From a virus (taxonomy: Duplodnaviria > Heunggongvirae > Uroviricota > Caudoviricetes): a stretch of 64,000 nt of DNA. This document shows, piece after piece, positions 54,879-63,827 of the stretch. Within the stretch, counting starts at the first letter, position 1. Each line of letters starts with the position of its first letter. Below the pieces are notes generated by a model, which saw nothing but the letters and a program-made list of their open reading frames with translations, ran no database searches and was not told where the DNA came from. The translations under genes were made by a program, and so were the position numbers. The stretch lies in IMG/VR virus record IMGVR_UViG_3300028653_000011; one strand, given 5' to 3'.

Positions 54879-55792
54879 TACAGGCTCGCCAGCAGGTCGC
54901 GGTAGGGTTTAAAACCTTCTGGCAATTTCCATGTTTCAACGTTGGGGATGGCAGGGGTGGCCAACGACACGTCAGCGTTGATGGCCGATGCAGGCAATAC
55001 CTGCTCGGCGATGCCGACCGGTGTGCTGACGACAGGAGTGCCCGTCAGGCCACATTCAATCAGTGCTTGAGGCCCACCTTCTTGCCGCGCAGTGACGGCA
55101 TAGAGGTCGAGTGTCTGGTAGAGTTCATTGATGGTGGCCTGTGGCGGCCGCTCGAAGTAGGTGTAGGGCACTCCCGCGTGTTCAAGGCGGTTGATGACGT
55201 ACTGGCGCCGCCAACCCGCCAAGACGACGTGGAGGGGCAACCGGGTGGTGTTGAGCCGGTGCTCGACGAAGTCAGCAAACCTGTCCGGACCTTTTTCCCA
55301 CTTGGGTGTCTTGAGGTCGTGGCCTTCGGTATCACGCTGAAAATTGCCTACCAAGTACCCCGCCTCGGGCAACCCGTGTTTTTTCCTGAGGTCAATGGAG
55401 GGCTTGGCAAGGGGCCTGACCTCGCCGGTGCGGTGCCAAGTGTGCTGATTGGCCCAATAGGGCAATTGGTAGATGGGCTTTCCTGTAAACGGGCGGATGA
55501 AGCCATTCGTTCTCAAGTTGTAGACGTGGTAGGCATCGACGAAACGATCGCGGGCACGGAAAGCGGCCTCATCGAACTTCTCGGGCACGAAGTGGTGGCA
55601 GGTGACCAGTACCTTGCGTGACGACAGCAGGTGGAGCGGCACCTGATCCGAGCACCAGTCGGCCAACAACCAGACAATTGACGCATCGGTGGGATTGTCA
55701 ACGCTGATGTCAGCGTTGTCGGCGTACCACTCCTTGACGAACTGGTCAACACACCAGTCTTCCCGCGGCGCAAGTACGAAAACCTTTGACAT
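54878..55792 (-). CDS. GT4 glycosyltransferase
   Basis: EKGPD and EGGPQALIEC-PVVST. Confidence 0.85.
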   Translation of the reverse strand: MSKVFVLAPREDWCVDQFVKEWYADNADISVDNPTDASIVWLLADWCSDQVPLHLLSSRKVLVTCHHFVPEKFDEAAFRARDRFVDAYHVYNLRTNGFIRPFTGKPIYQLPYWANQHTWHRTGEVRPLAKPSIDLRKKHGLPEAGYLVGNFQRDTEGHDLKTPKWEKGPDRFADFVEHRLNTTRLPLHVVLAGWRRQYVINRLEHAGVPYTYFERPPQATINELYQTLDLYAVTARQEGGPQALIECGLTGTPVVSTPVGIAEQVLPASAINADVSLATPAIPNVETWKLPEGFKPYRDLLASL

Positions 55793-55800
55793 GTGATCGA

Positions 55801-56805
55801 CTATACTCCGTCCTTAAAAGAAGTGAGCGCTTTGCGCCACACGTTGGATACCACTCGATATTGATCAGCGTGATCAGTGAATGTTGGGTGCCACGGTTGA
55901 CGTCTTGCCAAATCCACGTCGCGCAGGTGCACTAGTGCCAGCTCTTCATCAACCGGTGCATCACCCATCTTCCTGCCGTTGACGTAGATGGTGTGGCTAC
56001 CCTTGGCCCAATCGAGTGGTACCTTGCTGATCAACGTCTTGTCGTACTGTGGCGCTCTCCACGCCTTAAGGCGGTGACGTAACACGTCACAGGTATTCTC
56101 CAACACAGGTTCACTGTCAACTTGGTGCACTACACCCCAACCCTTGGCTCGCACGTAGTCACGCTCCGACGCCAAGAACATGTCGCAGTATTGACGTAGG
56201 TTGTCACCCGTCTCGGGCACTAAATACTCATCGGCGTCGGCAAACACCACGACACGGTGGCCTCGCAGGTAGATGCGTTGAAAGCACTTGACGACGTTAG
56301 TGCACCATGCCCAATCGGCGACCCTCTCGCTCGGCACCGACACTACGTTGATGCGCGGAAAGTTGGCTTTTGCACGTAGCACGCTGTCGTCATCGGTGCC
56401 ATTGTCAAGGACATAGAGGTTGTCGTACCCAAACGCGGTGCCGTAGTACGAGCACCATAGCTCGAGAAAGAAGGGTTCGTTCCTGACGATGGTGAAGGCG
56501 GCAAAGTCACGCTTGCCCGTGTGGCCCAAGTTGACCATGTTGGCCGCTTGCTCCAGTGCAGCGTCAGGAAAGACAACCGCACTATCACGGGCCACCACGT
56601 CGGCCTCATATGTCTCCTTCAACCATGGATAGGCCTGCGCATGGCCATTGCTGACGGCATCCTCGACCAGAGCCAATACAATGCGTTGCTGTGCAGGTGC
56701 CAACGTGGCCCAAGCGTTAGCATTGGGCCCCTTGACGCTGTCGGCAAACTTGGTGCGGATGCTCTGCGCGAAGGCAAACGCCGCACGTTCGAGTTTTGCC
56801 GACAT
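55801..56805 (-). CDS. GT2-like glycosyltransferase (Glyco_tranf_2_4-like)
   Basis: TIVRNE-FL-W-YY, LDNGTDD, ADADEY. Confidence 0.82.
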   Translation of the reverse strand: MSAKLERAAFAFAQSIRTKFADSVKGPNANAWATLAPAQQRIVLALVEDAVSNGHAQAYPWLKETYEADVVARDSAVVFPDAALEQAANMVNLGHTGKRDFAAFTIVRNEPFFLELWCSYYGTAFGYDNLYVLDNGTDDDSVLRAKANFPRINVVSVPSERVADWAWCTNVVKCFQRIYLRGHRVVVFADADEYLVPETGDNLRQYCDMFLASERDYVRAKGWGVVHQVDSEPVLENTCDVLRHRLKAWRAPQYDKTLISKVPLDWAKGSHTIYVNGRKMGDAPVDEELALVHLRDVDLARRQPWHPTFTDHADQYRVVSNVWRKALTSFKDGV

Positions 56806-56818
56806 CGACCGCTTGGTA

Positions 56819-57319
56819 TCAGTTGCTCGGGTGAGCGGCCTTGTTGAGCGTCGCCGCCGACTGCACCAGCTCTGCATAACCCGGGATGGGCTCACCGGCG
56901 GCAAGGCCACCGTGTGCAGCGGTAGCGCCCGTCTTGAACTCGTTGACAATCGCCAGCACGTTGCCGACAGCGTCGCTCAACGTCGAGATCAACATTCCCC
57001 AGTTGGGAGCCGGCCCGGTCGCATTCTGAAAGGCGACGACGGCGTCATTGAGGGTGGCGAGGCCGTCAGTGACAGCGACCAACGACTTCTGAAACTTCGC
57101 ATTGGCGGCGGCCTGGCTCGCCGCGGGCAGCGAGGGCAGGATGAAGTTCCATGCCGACGTAGCGGCGGCCACGGCGATCTGTGCCGACTGCTCGACGGTC
57201 TGCGCGACCTGCACCGGGGTGACAGTGCCAGTGCAACCGACGAGGGCCGCGCCGACAGCGACAGGTGAGAGGACGACGGCTGCGGCGATGAGAATGCGGG
57301 GGAGAATTCTTGAGTTCAT
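56819..57319 (-). CDS. Ala-rich helical lipoprotein
   Basis: Hydrophobic leader ending LVG-C; TAGGTA motif upstream. Confidence 0.7.
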   Translation of the reverse strand: MNSRILPRILIAAAVVLSPVAVGAALVGCTGTVTPVQVAQTVEQSAQIAVAAATSAWNFILPSLPAASQAAANAKFQKSLVAVTDGLATLNDAVVAFQNATGPAPNWGMLISTLSDAVGNVLAIVNEFKTGATAAHGGLAAGEPIPGYAELVQSAATLNKAAHPSN

Positions 57320-57359
57320 GGGTTCATCCTAAGTCACGTGGTGGAGATGTATACCTAGG

Positions 57360-58301
57360 CTACGCGCCACACACTTGTTCGAACAACTTGACATACTTCA
57401 AGGCGACGTGGCCGATGTCAATGTCAGCGATAGACGACGCGTCGAGCGACTGGCGGGGAGGCAGGTCCGCGACCTGGGTGACGTCGATGGGCGGCGGCGT
57501 GTTGTAGTCATAGAGCTCGAAGTCGAAGGGTGCGTCCTTGAGGACGTGGCCGTAGCCACCGACGAGTTCCTTGGTGCCACCCACCTCGCTGCAGGCGACG
57601 GGGGTGCCCTGTGACAGTGCCTCGATCACCGTATTGGGACAGTGATCGCCCCACGCCAGGTGCAACAACCAGTCGGCGGCCGAGTACACCTGCAGGTAGG
57701 TCGCCTCATCGACGGATCCCGCATAGAAGACGTGGGGGCCCGTCGCCCGGTGATCGGGGTTGCTGCCCAACACGATGAGGCAGCTATTCGGGTGAAAGGT
57801 GCGCAGGTGGTCGAACAGGGCGACGTTGGCCGCCAATCGCTTCTGGCCGTGCCAGTTGGCGCTGCAGGCGTAGATGCGGTCGTAGGCACCACGCATGTCG
57901 AGCAACTTCGGAATGGTGATCTCGTTGACGGGCACCGGTGAGGTGCCGTTGTGGATGACGCGGCCCAAGACGTGGCCGGGCAGGCCGAAGTGCTTCAGCA
58001 CCATCGTCATGTCGAAGGTCGATTGCCAGACAACGGCGTCGGCACGCTGGTACAACAACCGCATGCTGGTGTTCTTGGTGGCAAAGTCCTGCGGCCGCGA
58101 CCAGATGCCGTCGAGGCGCTGCACCACCCTACGGGCCAGCGGTGCACCCGTGGGCTCGATGAAGACCAGCGACACGTCGGCACCCGTGCCCGTGTCGGCG
58201 ACGGTGTGACCCTGCTCGAACAGGGCACGGGCCAACCGGGCACCGAAGGTGTTGGGCCCCGATGACGATGAGAAGATGACGTTGTCGAAGTGTACGATCA
58301 C
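57360..58301 (-). CDS. GT4 glycosyltransferase
   Basis: SGPNTF, KRL, DHCPNTVIEALSQG-PV-GGTKEL. Confidence 0.88.
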   Translation of the reverse strand: MIVHFDNVIFSSSSGPNTFGARLARALFEQGHTVADTGTGADVSLVFIEPTGAPLARRVVQRLDGIWSRPQDFATKNTSMRLLYQRADAVVWQSTFDMTMVLKHFGLPGHVLGRVIHNGTSPVPVNEITIPKLLDMRGAYDRIYACSANWHGQKRLAANVALFDHLRTFHPNSCLIVLGSNPDHRATGPHVFYAGSVDEATYLQVYSAADWLLHLAWGDHCPNTVIEALSQGTPVACSEVGGTKELVGGYGHVLKDAPFDFELYDYNTPPPIDVTQVADLPPRQSLDASSIADIDIGHVALKYVKLFEQVCGA

Positions 58302-58678
58302 GACCGGCGCTTGACCTCGGCGATGAGGGGCACCGCGAAGTCGGTGCCAGACAACATCACCGCCATCAACGTCAGCTCCTCGGTGGGCAGGTGCCCGAGC
58401 TCGGCGCGCATGGTGAAGATGTCAGGGTCGAGCTCCTGGTTACCGTTGATCAGGATGCCGTCATAGTACGTCTGGCTCAACCAGTTGGCGGCCTCGTTCG
58501 ACAGGGGTAGTTCCGCGTCCCTGATGACGTCGGTCATCGCCTCGAAGATGGTGGTGTAGATGTCGGTGCAGGTGACCAAGTTGAGGCTCTTCTCGTCGGT
58601 GATCAGCGGCTGCAACTTGGCGCTCAACAGGCGCGAGATGGCCTGGTGGAATTCCTGGGGCTTCAACCTTGATGTCAT
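58298..58678 (-). CDS. Hypothetical protein
   Basis: Coupled ORF; shares EA.NWL..Y. with ORF 58675 (possible tandem paralogs). Confidence 0.7.
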   Translation of the reverse strand: MTSRLKPQEFHQAISRLLSAKLQPLITDEKSLNLVTCTDIYTTIFEAMTDVIRDAELPLSNEAANWLSQTYYDGILINGNQELDPDIFTMRAELGHLPTEELTLMAVMLSGTDFAVPLIAEVKRRS

Positions 58679-59064
58679 GCGATCGTCCTCCTTGCGTATT
58701 CCTGCTCCAGTTTAGCACCCATCTTGGTGCCGTTGAACAGGTTGTGGAGCAGCTCAATGTCACTGTACGACATGTCGGAGAGCTTGTACTCATTGTGGAT
58801 GATCAGCTCCGCCACTGATGAGGTGCCCTCGCTCGTCGCCACGTTGACGGCCTTGAAGTACTCGTCGGCGAGCCAATTCATCGCTTCGAGCGACGGTGCG
58901 CGTGAGCTCTTCGAGAAGATGCCGACGATGGTGGTGCGGATGGCGTCGCGCAGTTCACGTAGCAAGTTGGGTGTCAGCAACTGACCACTCGTGACGAACT
59001 TCTGCACCACGTGAGTGAGGTGCTGTTCGAGCAGCTTGCTAAACCTGATGTGACCGCTGGGCAT
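58675..59064 (-). CDS. Hypothetical protein
   Basis: Leaderless TAAGAT-7nt-ATG. Confidence 0.7.
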   Translation of the reverse strand: MPSGHIRFSKLLEQHLTHVVQKFVTSGQLLTPNLLRELRDAIRTTIVGIFSKSSRAPSLEAMNWLADEYFKAVNVATSEGTSSVAELIIHNEYKLSDMSYSDIELLHNLFNGTKMGAKLEQEYARRTIA

Positions 59065-59079
59065 GCGGTCAATCTTATA

Positions 59080-59997
59080 TCAGGCCTGCAGTACGTGTTC
59101 AAGGTACGTCACGTATTGCTGCACGCACGGGAGCCAGCCCGTAGGCGTCATCGCCGTGTTGGGAGCCAGCGGCCCGTTGAGGATCGCCTTCAGCTCGTCC
59201 CAGTTCTTGTAACTGTGGTCGGCACCCGCAAATTCGACGCAACCTCCGCCGTCCTTGTGGACGTAGGTGGGCAGGCCGCACGATAGGCTCTCTAGCACAT
59301 GGTTGGGCCCAGGATCGAAACGACTTGCCGACACGTAAACGTCGTGCTTGCCCAACTCGGCACCCAAGTCCTTGCCGAAGGTGGGCCTGATGACGTTGGT
59401 GTGCCTGAAGTCACACTCATGACGACCGATGTAGGTGAAGGCAAACTTGTCGGGCTGCTCGCCCACCAGCCTGTCGAGCTTCTGGTAGATGTCGGCACCC
59501 TTCATTTCGTGTGATGACCAGTGGTGCGCGACGATGTTGAGCTTGCCGTTGTTGAGCTTGGGCTGCGGGGCGAAGATGTCGGCGGCACAGCCGTTGACGA
59601 TGACCGCCTGTTCCTTGCAGGCCCACCCCTTGGCATTGAAGTAGTCCTGCAACCAGTGCGATACGAAGACGGTGGCCGACACGTGGGGGGCCACCTTGAG
59701 GAGCAGCGCGTCCATGTGGCGGGTGCCCTTGCGGGCGTCGTTCTCGTTGACGCGGAGCACGATCTTCATGTTGGGGGCCTGGTACAGCTGGTGCATCACC
59801 GCCTGATCGACGGAGATGCCGGTGCCGTCGTTGTCGAGGCCCGCCAGCAGGCAGACATCGGGGGAGAAGTTCAGCGCCTCGTCGGTGAGCAGCTCGACGT
59901 TGGGCAGGGTGGGCGCGCGCTTGTGGAATGCGGCGACCCACAAATTACCCCCACCCCACGGGCCTGAACGCGGTTGACGATTGACGTATAGCTTCAT
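59080..59997 (-). CDS. GT4 glycosyltransferase
   Basis: GPWGGGN, KG, SRFDPGPNHVLESLSCGLP. Confidence 0.85.
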   Translation of the reverse strand: MKLYVNRQPRSGPWGGGNLWVAAFHKRAPTLPNVELLTDEALNFSPDVCLLAGLDNDGTGISVDQAVMHQLYQAPNMKIVLRVNENDARKGTRHMDALLLKVAPHVSATVFVSHWLQDYFNAKGWACKEQAVIVNGCAADIFAPQPKLNNGKLNIVAHHWSSHEMKGADIYQKLDRLVGEQPDKFAFTYIGRHECDFRHTNVIRPTFGKDLGAELGKHDVYVSASRFDPGPNHVLESLSCGLPTYVHKDGGGCVEFAGADHSYKNWDELKAILNGPLAPNTAMTPTGWLPCVQQYVTYLEHVLQA

Positions 59998-60128
59998 GGA
60001 TCTGATTCTAGCCTATTTGCAGGGCGCTTTGCACCCCATCGAGCCGTGGTGATGCAATCGATGCGCAACTTGCAGAATTCACGATCGAATTGCGTATTCC
60101 CAATTCGCGACGAATACTTAAAGTTACT

Positions 60129-60605
60129 ATGCCAAATACTGAAAGAGACAGCGGCCTCAGCGGCCAACACGACGGTGAACGTTTTTCACCCGCCACGTCA
60201 CCAGTCCCCGGTTCATTCACCAACCGCGTTTCAAGTTCGCAGGGGGACAACTACGGTTACGACAACAGTAACTACGACTACAACAACGATGCCTCGGGGT
60301 CAATGACCTCGGGTTCCTGGTTCAATCGCAACCGTGACAACACCTCAGGTTCACTGACGTCGGGTTCGCGATTTGACCACAATCGCAACCGCGATGCCTC
60401 TGGCCCGGTCACCACGTTCACTTGCATCCCTGACAAGCCCGTCGGCGTCCGCGCTGGCAACTTGCCCTTCGGCACCCCTGTCCGCGGCGTCGAGAAATTG
60501 TCTCCCAATGACCACGGTGACAACATTGTCCACGCGGGTAAACTGCCTCCCGAGACGATGGTCGTGCAGGCCGGCAACATCACGGCGCCCCTGTCGCGCT
60601 ACTAA
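60129..60605 (+). CDS. Hypothetical protein with SGS..SGS.F..NR repeats
   Basis: TACTTA 8 nt before the ATG; repeats DASGSMTSGSWFNRNR and NTSGSLTSGSRFDHNRNR. Confidence 0.65.
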   Translation: MPNTERDSGLSGQHDGERFSPATSPVPGSFTNRVSSSQGDNYGYDNSNYDYNNDASGSMTSGSWFNRNRDNTSGSLTSGSRFDHNRNRDASGPVTTFTCIPDKPVGVRAGNLPFGTPVRGVEKLSPNDHGDNIVHAGKLPPETMVVQAGNITAPLSRY

Positions 60606-60622
60606 GGTCTCTAACCCTAGGT

Positions 60623-60738
60623 ACCACCTAGTTTTGCAGCACGTTCAATATCACTATATTTCGGTGCAGGATCGGTCGAAAGGCCGGGACTGCACCGATG
60701 TTCTTTTAAGGGGCTCAAGTGCAACGTGCGCTGGTGGT
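60623..60738 (+). ncRNA. Rod-like structured intergenic RNA (or terminator)
   Basis: Nested stems ACCACC/GGTGGT, GCACGTT/AACGTGC, TCGGTGCAG/CTGCACCGA with a GAAA tetraloop. Confidence 0.4.
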
Positions 60739-60784
60739 TCAGGTCGACTGACAATCATGTGGGTGGGTTGATTACAATCAATTC

Positions 60785-61492
60785 ATGACACCACTCATTT
60801 CACTACTACTCCCATCGCGCAAACGTCACGCGAGCCTTCATCAATCGTTGGCGTCACTTGCTACGCTAGCGACCGATCCGAAACGCGTTGAAGTATTGGT
60901 ACGTGCTGACGTTGATGATCCTCAAACGGTTGATGTTGCTCGCTCGCCATGGCCATTTCAAGTACGGACGCTTGTGGGTCAACGAGGCAATGGCTATGCT
61001 GATCTTCACCTGATGTACAATGAACTGTGCTCACACAGCACTGGTCGGTTATTGTTCCTATGGAATGATGACGCAATGATGTTGACGCCCGGGTGGGATG
61101 AAAAGTTGGTGCCCTTCGACGTCGGCAAGCTGTGTTACCTCAATGTGGGCGTTGACGTCGGTAGTAAGGCACCTCAATCGGACAAGGGAGACTTGAGCTT
61201 TCCCATCGTTCACCGCACCTACTACGACGTGCTCGGTCACTACTCACCGTGGGCCCACAATGACACTTACGTATATTGGGTGTTGCAGCCCTTTTTCGGT
61301 CACGGCATTCACCACGAATCAGGTATTAATGTCAGGCACCTGATCCACGACTACCTCGCGACAGGGGACGCCACGTCGGTTGAAGGTAGGAACATGCATC
61401 CCCAGACACGTGCAATCCGAAAGACGGCACCATTTCTGGCTCAGCTTGAAGCCGATCGCCAGAAGATCGCGGCTCACCTAGCAAGCAAGTGA
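60785..61492 (+). CDS. GT2 glycosyltransferase (paralog of 45326..46039)
   Basis: ISLLLPSR, RGNGYADLHL-YN-LC, FLWNDDA. Confidence 0.8.
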   Translation: MTPLISLLLPSRKRHASLHQSLASLATLATDPKRVEVLVRADVDDPQTVDVARSPWPFQVRTLVGQRGNGYADLHLMYNELCSHSTGRLLFLWNDDAMMLTPGWDEKLVPFDVGKLCYLNVGVDVGSKAPQSDKGDLSFPIVHRTYYDVLGHYSPWAHNDTYVYWVLQPFFGHGIHHESGINVRHLIHDYLATGDATSVEGRNMHPQTRAIRKTAPFLAQLEADRQKIAAHLASK

Positions 61493-62400
61493 CCCTATAC
61501 TTCGTGCACGGCATCAACACCATTGGTGCCTCGATGAAGAGGGCACCGGTTGAGAGTGAATACCTCGCCGCCGGTTTGCAGTACGCCGGCGCCGTGGTGC
61601 TTGAGGAGCGAAACTTCATCCTGTTGGCACACCGCGATCACCGCGTTCAACGTACTGATCGCGTCATCAACTTCTTCTGTACAGATGAGAACGCTCACCT
61701 CGTTTATGGCGCCGTCGATCCACAATACAGGTGGACATACCTGATCGATGAACGGGCGGCACTCGATGGCACCGATGGGTACGGAGCACGGATCCGCAAT
61801 CACTTCCCACGATTTGACGTCACTCACGCCATCATCACCTACCCAAGCGCGCGACACGTTGAAAATCTCACCCGGGCTAGCATCAAGTGTGCAGTGATGC
61901 CTCACTGCGTGCCCAGTCGGCGAAAGCGGGTGGCAAAGTCAGGTGCAATCGTCGTCTCAGGTACCATTGAAGAGGCAACGTACCCGACGAGGTGGCGCCT
62001 CGTCGAGGCACTCAATCACTTGGTACCAGAACTCCAGACACGTGTCTCCACCGCACCCGGCCGTCCATACTACGATGCGCTCGATGCCTACCAATTTGGT
62101 GTGGTCTGCAGGGGTGGCACCGCCGACTGCCTCGTCGCCAAGTACGTGGAATTCGGCATGTGTCACGTGTTGCCCATCGGTGATTGCCCATCGTACATGC
62201 CTGCTGACATGCGACGGGAGATGATTGATGCCGAGCACATGTCAGGTGAACAGGTGGTCGCCGAAGTCAAGCGGTTATTGGCGTCACCCGCCGAACTTGT
62301 TGCACGACAGGAGGCATACTGTGAGGCAGTACACCGTCACTATGACCTACGGGAGAATGCTCAACGGGCGGTGAGAGAGATCATCACTACCTTCACTTGA
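61489..62400 (+). CDS. Putative GT-B-like glycosyltransferase
   Basis: SG-YP-R and VAKYVEF-C C-terminal pattern. Confidence 0.55.
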   Translation: MTLYFVHGINTIGASMKRAPVESEYLAAGLQYAGAVVLEERNFILLAHRDHRVQRTDRVINFFCTDENAHLVYGAVDPQYRWTYLIDERAALDGTDGYGARIRNHFPRFDVTHAIITYPSARHVENLTRASIKCAVMPHCVPSRRKRVAKSGAIVVSGTIEEATYPTRWRLVEALNHLVPELQTRVSTAPGRPYYDALDAYQFGVVCRGGTADCLVAKYVEFGMCHVLPIGDCPSYMPADMRREMIDAEHMSGEQVVAEVKRLLASPAELVARQEAYCEAVHRHYDLRENAQRAVREIITTFT

Positions 62401-63148
62401 CGTAGCCCCGCTGCCTCAGGAACACCGCCTCATCGCGTTGAAAGCGGGCGTCGGCGGTCTGGTACGTTGCGGGTTCATCCTTGATAGTGTAGTGATACAT
62501 CACCCGAGGCACAAAGCCCCTCTTTTGCGCACGGTGGAGAATTGGCAGGTACAACGCTTGGTCCCCTGCGCGCCGCACGTACTCACCGTCCTCACCCCTG
62601 AAGTTCTGGTCATTGACGCCATTGATCAGCTGTTTCCTGAATGTCTTCAGGTGCGAGCTCACCCACGGGTGCTGGTAGACGACGGCGCCGGGAGGCAGGG
62701 GCCCGCTGATGTTCTTGTCGCTGAAGGCCCACCGGTGAGCCGTCCACAGCGCATCGGCCCCCGTCTGGTTGTAGAGGGCATTGAGGTAGGCCAGCGTATC
62801 GAGGTCGGTCAGCCAGTCGTCGGCATCGATCCTGCAGACGATGTCGTCGTCATCGCACATGGAAATGCCCTTCAACACGTTGGCGACCTCCCACAATTTG
62901 TCGTCGTTCCACATCACCTCAATCTTATCGTGAACGATCATGTTGGGCGTCCAACCCGGCGACACCAGGGCGCGCCACCTGTTGATGATGTCGACCTCCT
63001 TGATGACCTCGGGGTGATCCGACACATCGTCGACGAGGATGATGCGCCAATTGGGATACGACTGACCCACCACCGACGCCAGCATCTGGCCCACCGTCGC
63101 CGACGCGTTGTACATGGGGGCGACAAAGACGAAGCGATTGTCAGTCAT
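62393..63148 (-). CDS. GT2 glycosyltransferase
   Basis: APMYNA, VDDVS, IDADDWL, SHLKTFR. Confidence 0.88.
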   Translation of the reverse strand: MTDNRFVFVAPMYNASATVGQMLASVVGQSYPNWRIILVDDVSDHPEVIKEVDIINRWRALVSPGWTPNMIVHDKIEVMWNDDKLWEVANVLKGISMCDDDDIVCRIDADDWLTDLDTLAYLNALYNQTGADALWTAHRWAFSDKNISGPLPPGAVVYQHPWVSSHLKTFRKQLINGVNDQNFRGEDGEYVRRAGDQALYLPILHRAQKRGFVPRVMYHYTIKDEPATYQTADARFQRDEAVFLRQRGYVK

Positions 63149-63569
63149 CTCCCACCTCAATCAGCTCATCGTCGACGGTGAACCACTTGCGGCCACACTT
63201 GACCGGGTGCTTGACGACAGGCCTCACGTTGGCCAGCACCATGGCGTACTTCTGCACCAGCTTGCCCTGCTTGTTGTAGTCCCACAGGCGACAGCAGGCG
63301 GCCTCCTCGTCGGCCTCGGTGCCCAACCGACAGTCGACAATGTCAACGACACACTGCATCGTGCCCGCGTCGGCCATCGCTGCCGTCGACACCATGTAGC
63401 CGCTGGCCCGCAGGTTGACCAATAATTCGAGGCCACCCGGCGACGTTGACTTCGTCGAACAGATGAGGACGGGCCCGCGGTAGGGAGTGCTCCAGAACCG
63501 CGTTTCAATCGTCTTGACGCCCGCCCGGATCAGGTAGGCATAGGGTTGGTGCAGACCGAGGGCTTTCAC
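63141..63569 (-). CDS. ASCH-domain protein
   Basis: QPYA-LI-G-K-IE-R-W-T-YRG. Confidence 0.9.
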   Translation of the reverse strand: MKALGLHQPYAYLIRAGVKTIETRFWSTPYRGPVLICSTKSTSPGGLELLVNLRASGYMVSTAAMADAGTMQCVVDIVDCRLGTEADEEAACCRLWDYNKQGKLVQKYAMVLANVRPVVKHPVKCGRKWFTVDDELIEVGDD

Positions 63570-63823
63570 GGCGCCTCGACGGCGGTCAACTTGTTGAAGC
63601 ACTCGAGGGCCCGACGCAGGTCGCCGAAGGTCAACGTGTAGGTCTGTTGCATCTGGTATGTTGATACCATGACGCCGGTGTCATCGGTATCACGAAAGGT
63701 GTCCGGGATGACGGGTGGCAGGCACTTAGCATACAGCGCGAAGGGCCGCAGCGCCGCGCGGCAAGCGTGAAGTTCCATCCTCAGCTTTTCGTTCTGCTCA
63801 CGCAAGTCATCATCATCACTCAT
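63566..63823 (-). CDS. Hypothetical protein
   Basis: ALRPFA and LTFGDLRRA; GTGA-coupled. Confidence 0.65.
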   Translation of the reverse strand: MSDDDDLREQNEKLRMELHACRAALRPFALYAKCLPPVIPDTFRDTDDTGVMVSTYQMQQTYTLTFGDLRRALECFNKLTAVEAP

Positions 63824-63827
63824 TGCA

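Noticed and set aside
32814-63148. Bacterial O-antigen/capsule locus, meaning the window is host chromosome or a chimera
   Set aside because: Contiguous and co-oriented with baseplate and phage sigma genes, interspersed with phage-type ORFs, uses the same promoter motifs as the tRNA region, and lacks export/polymerase genes
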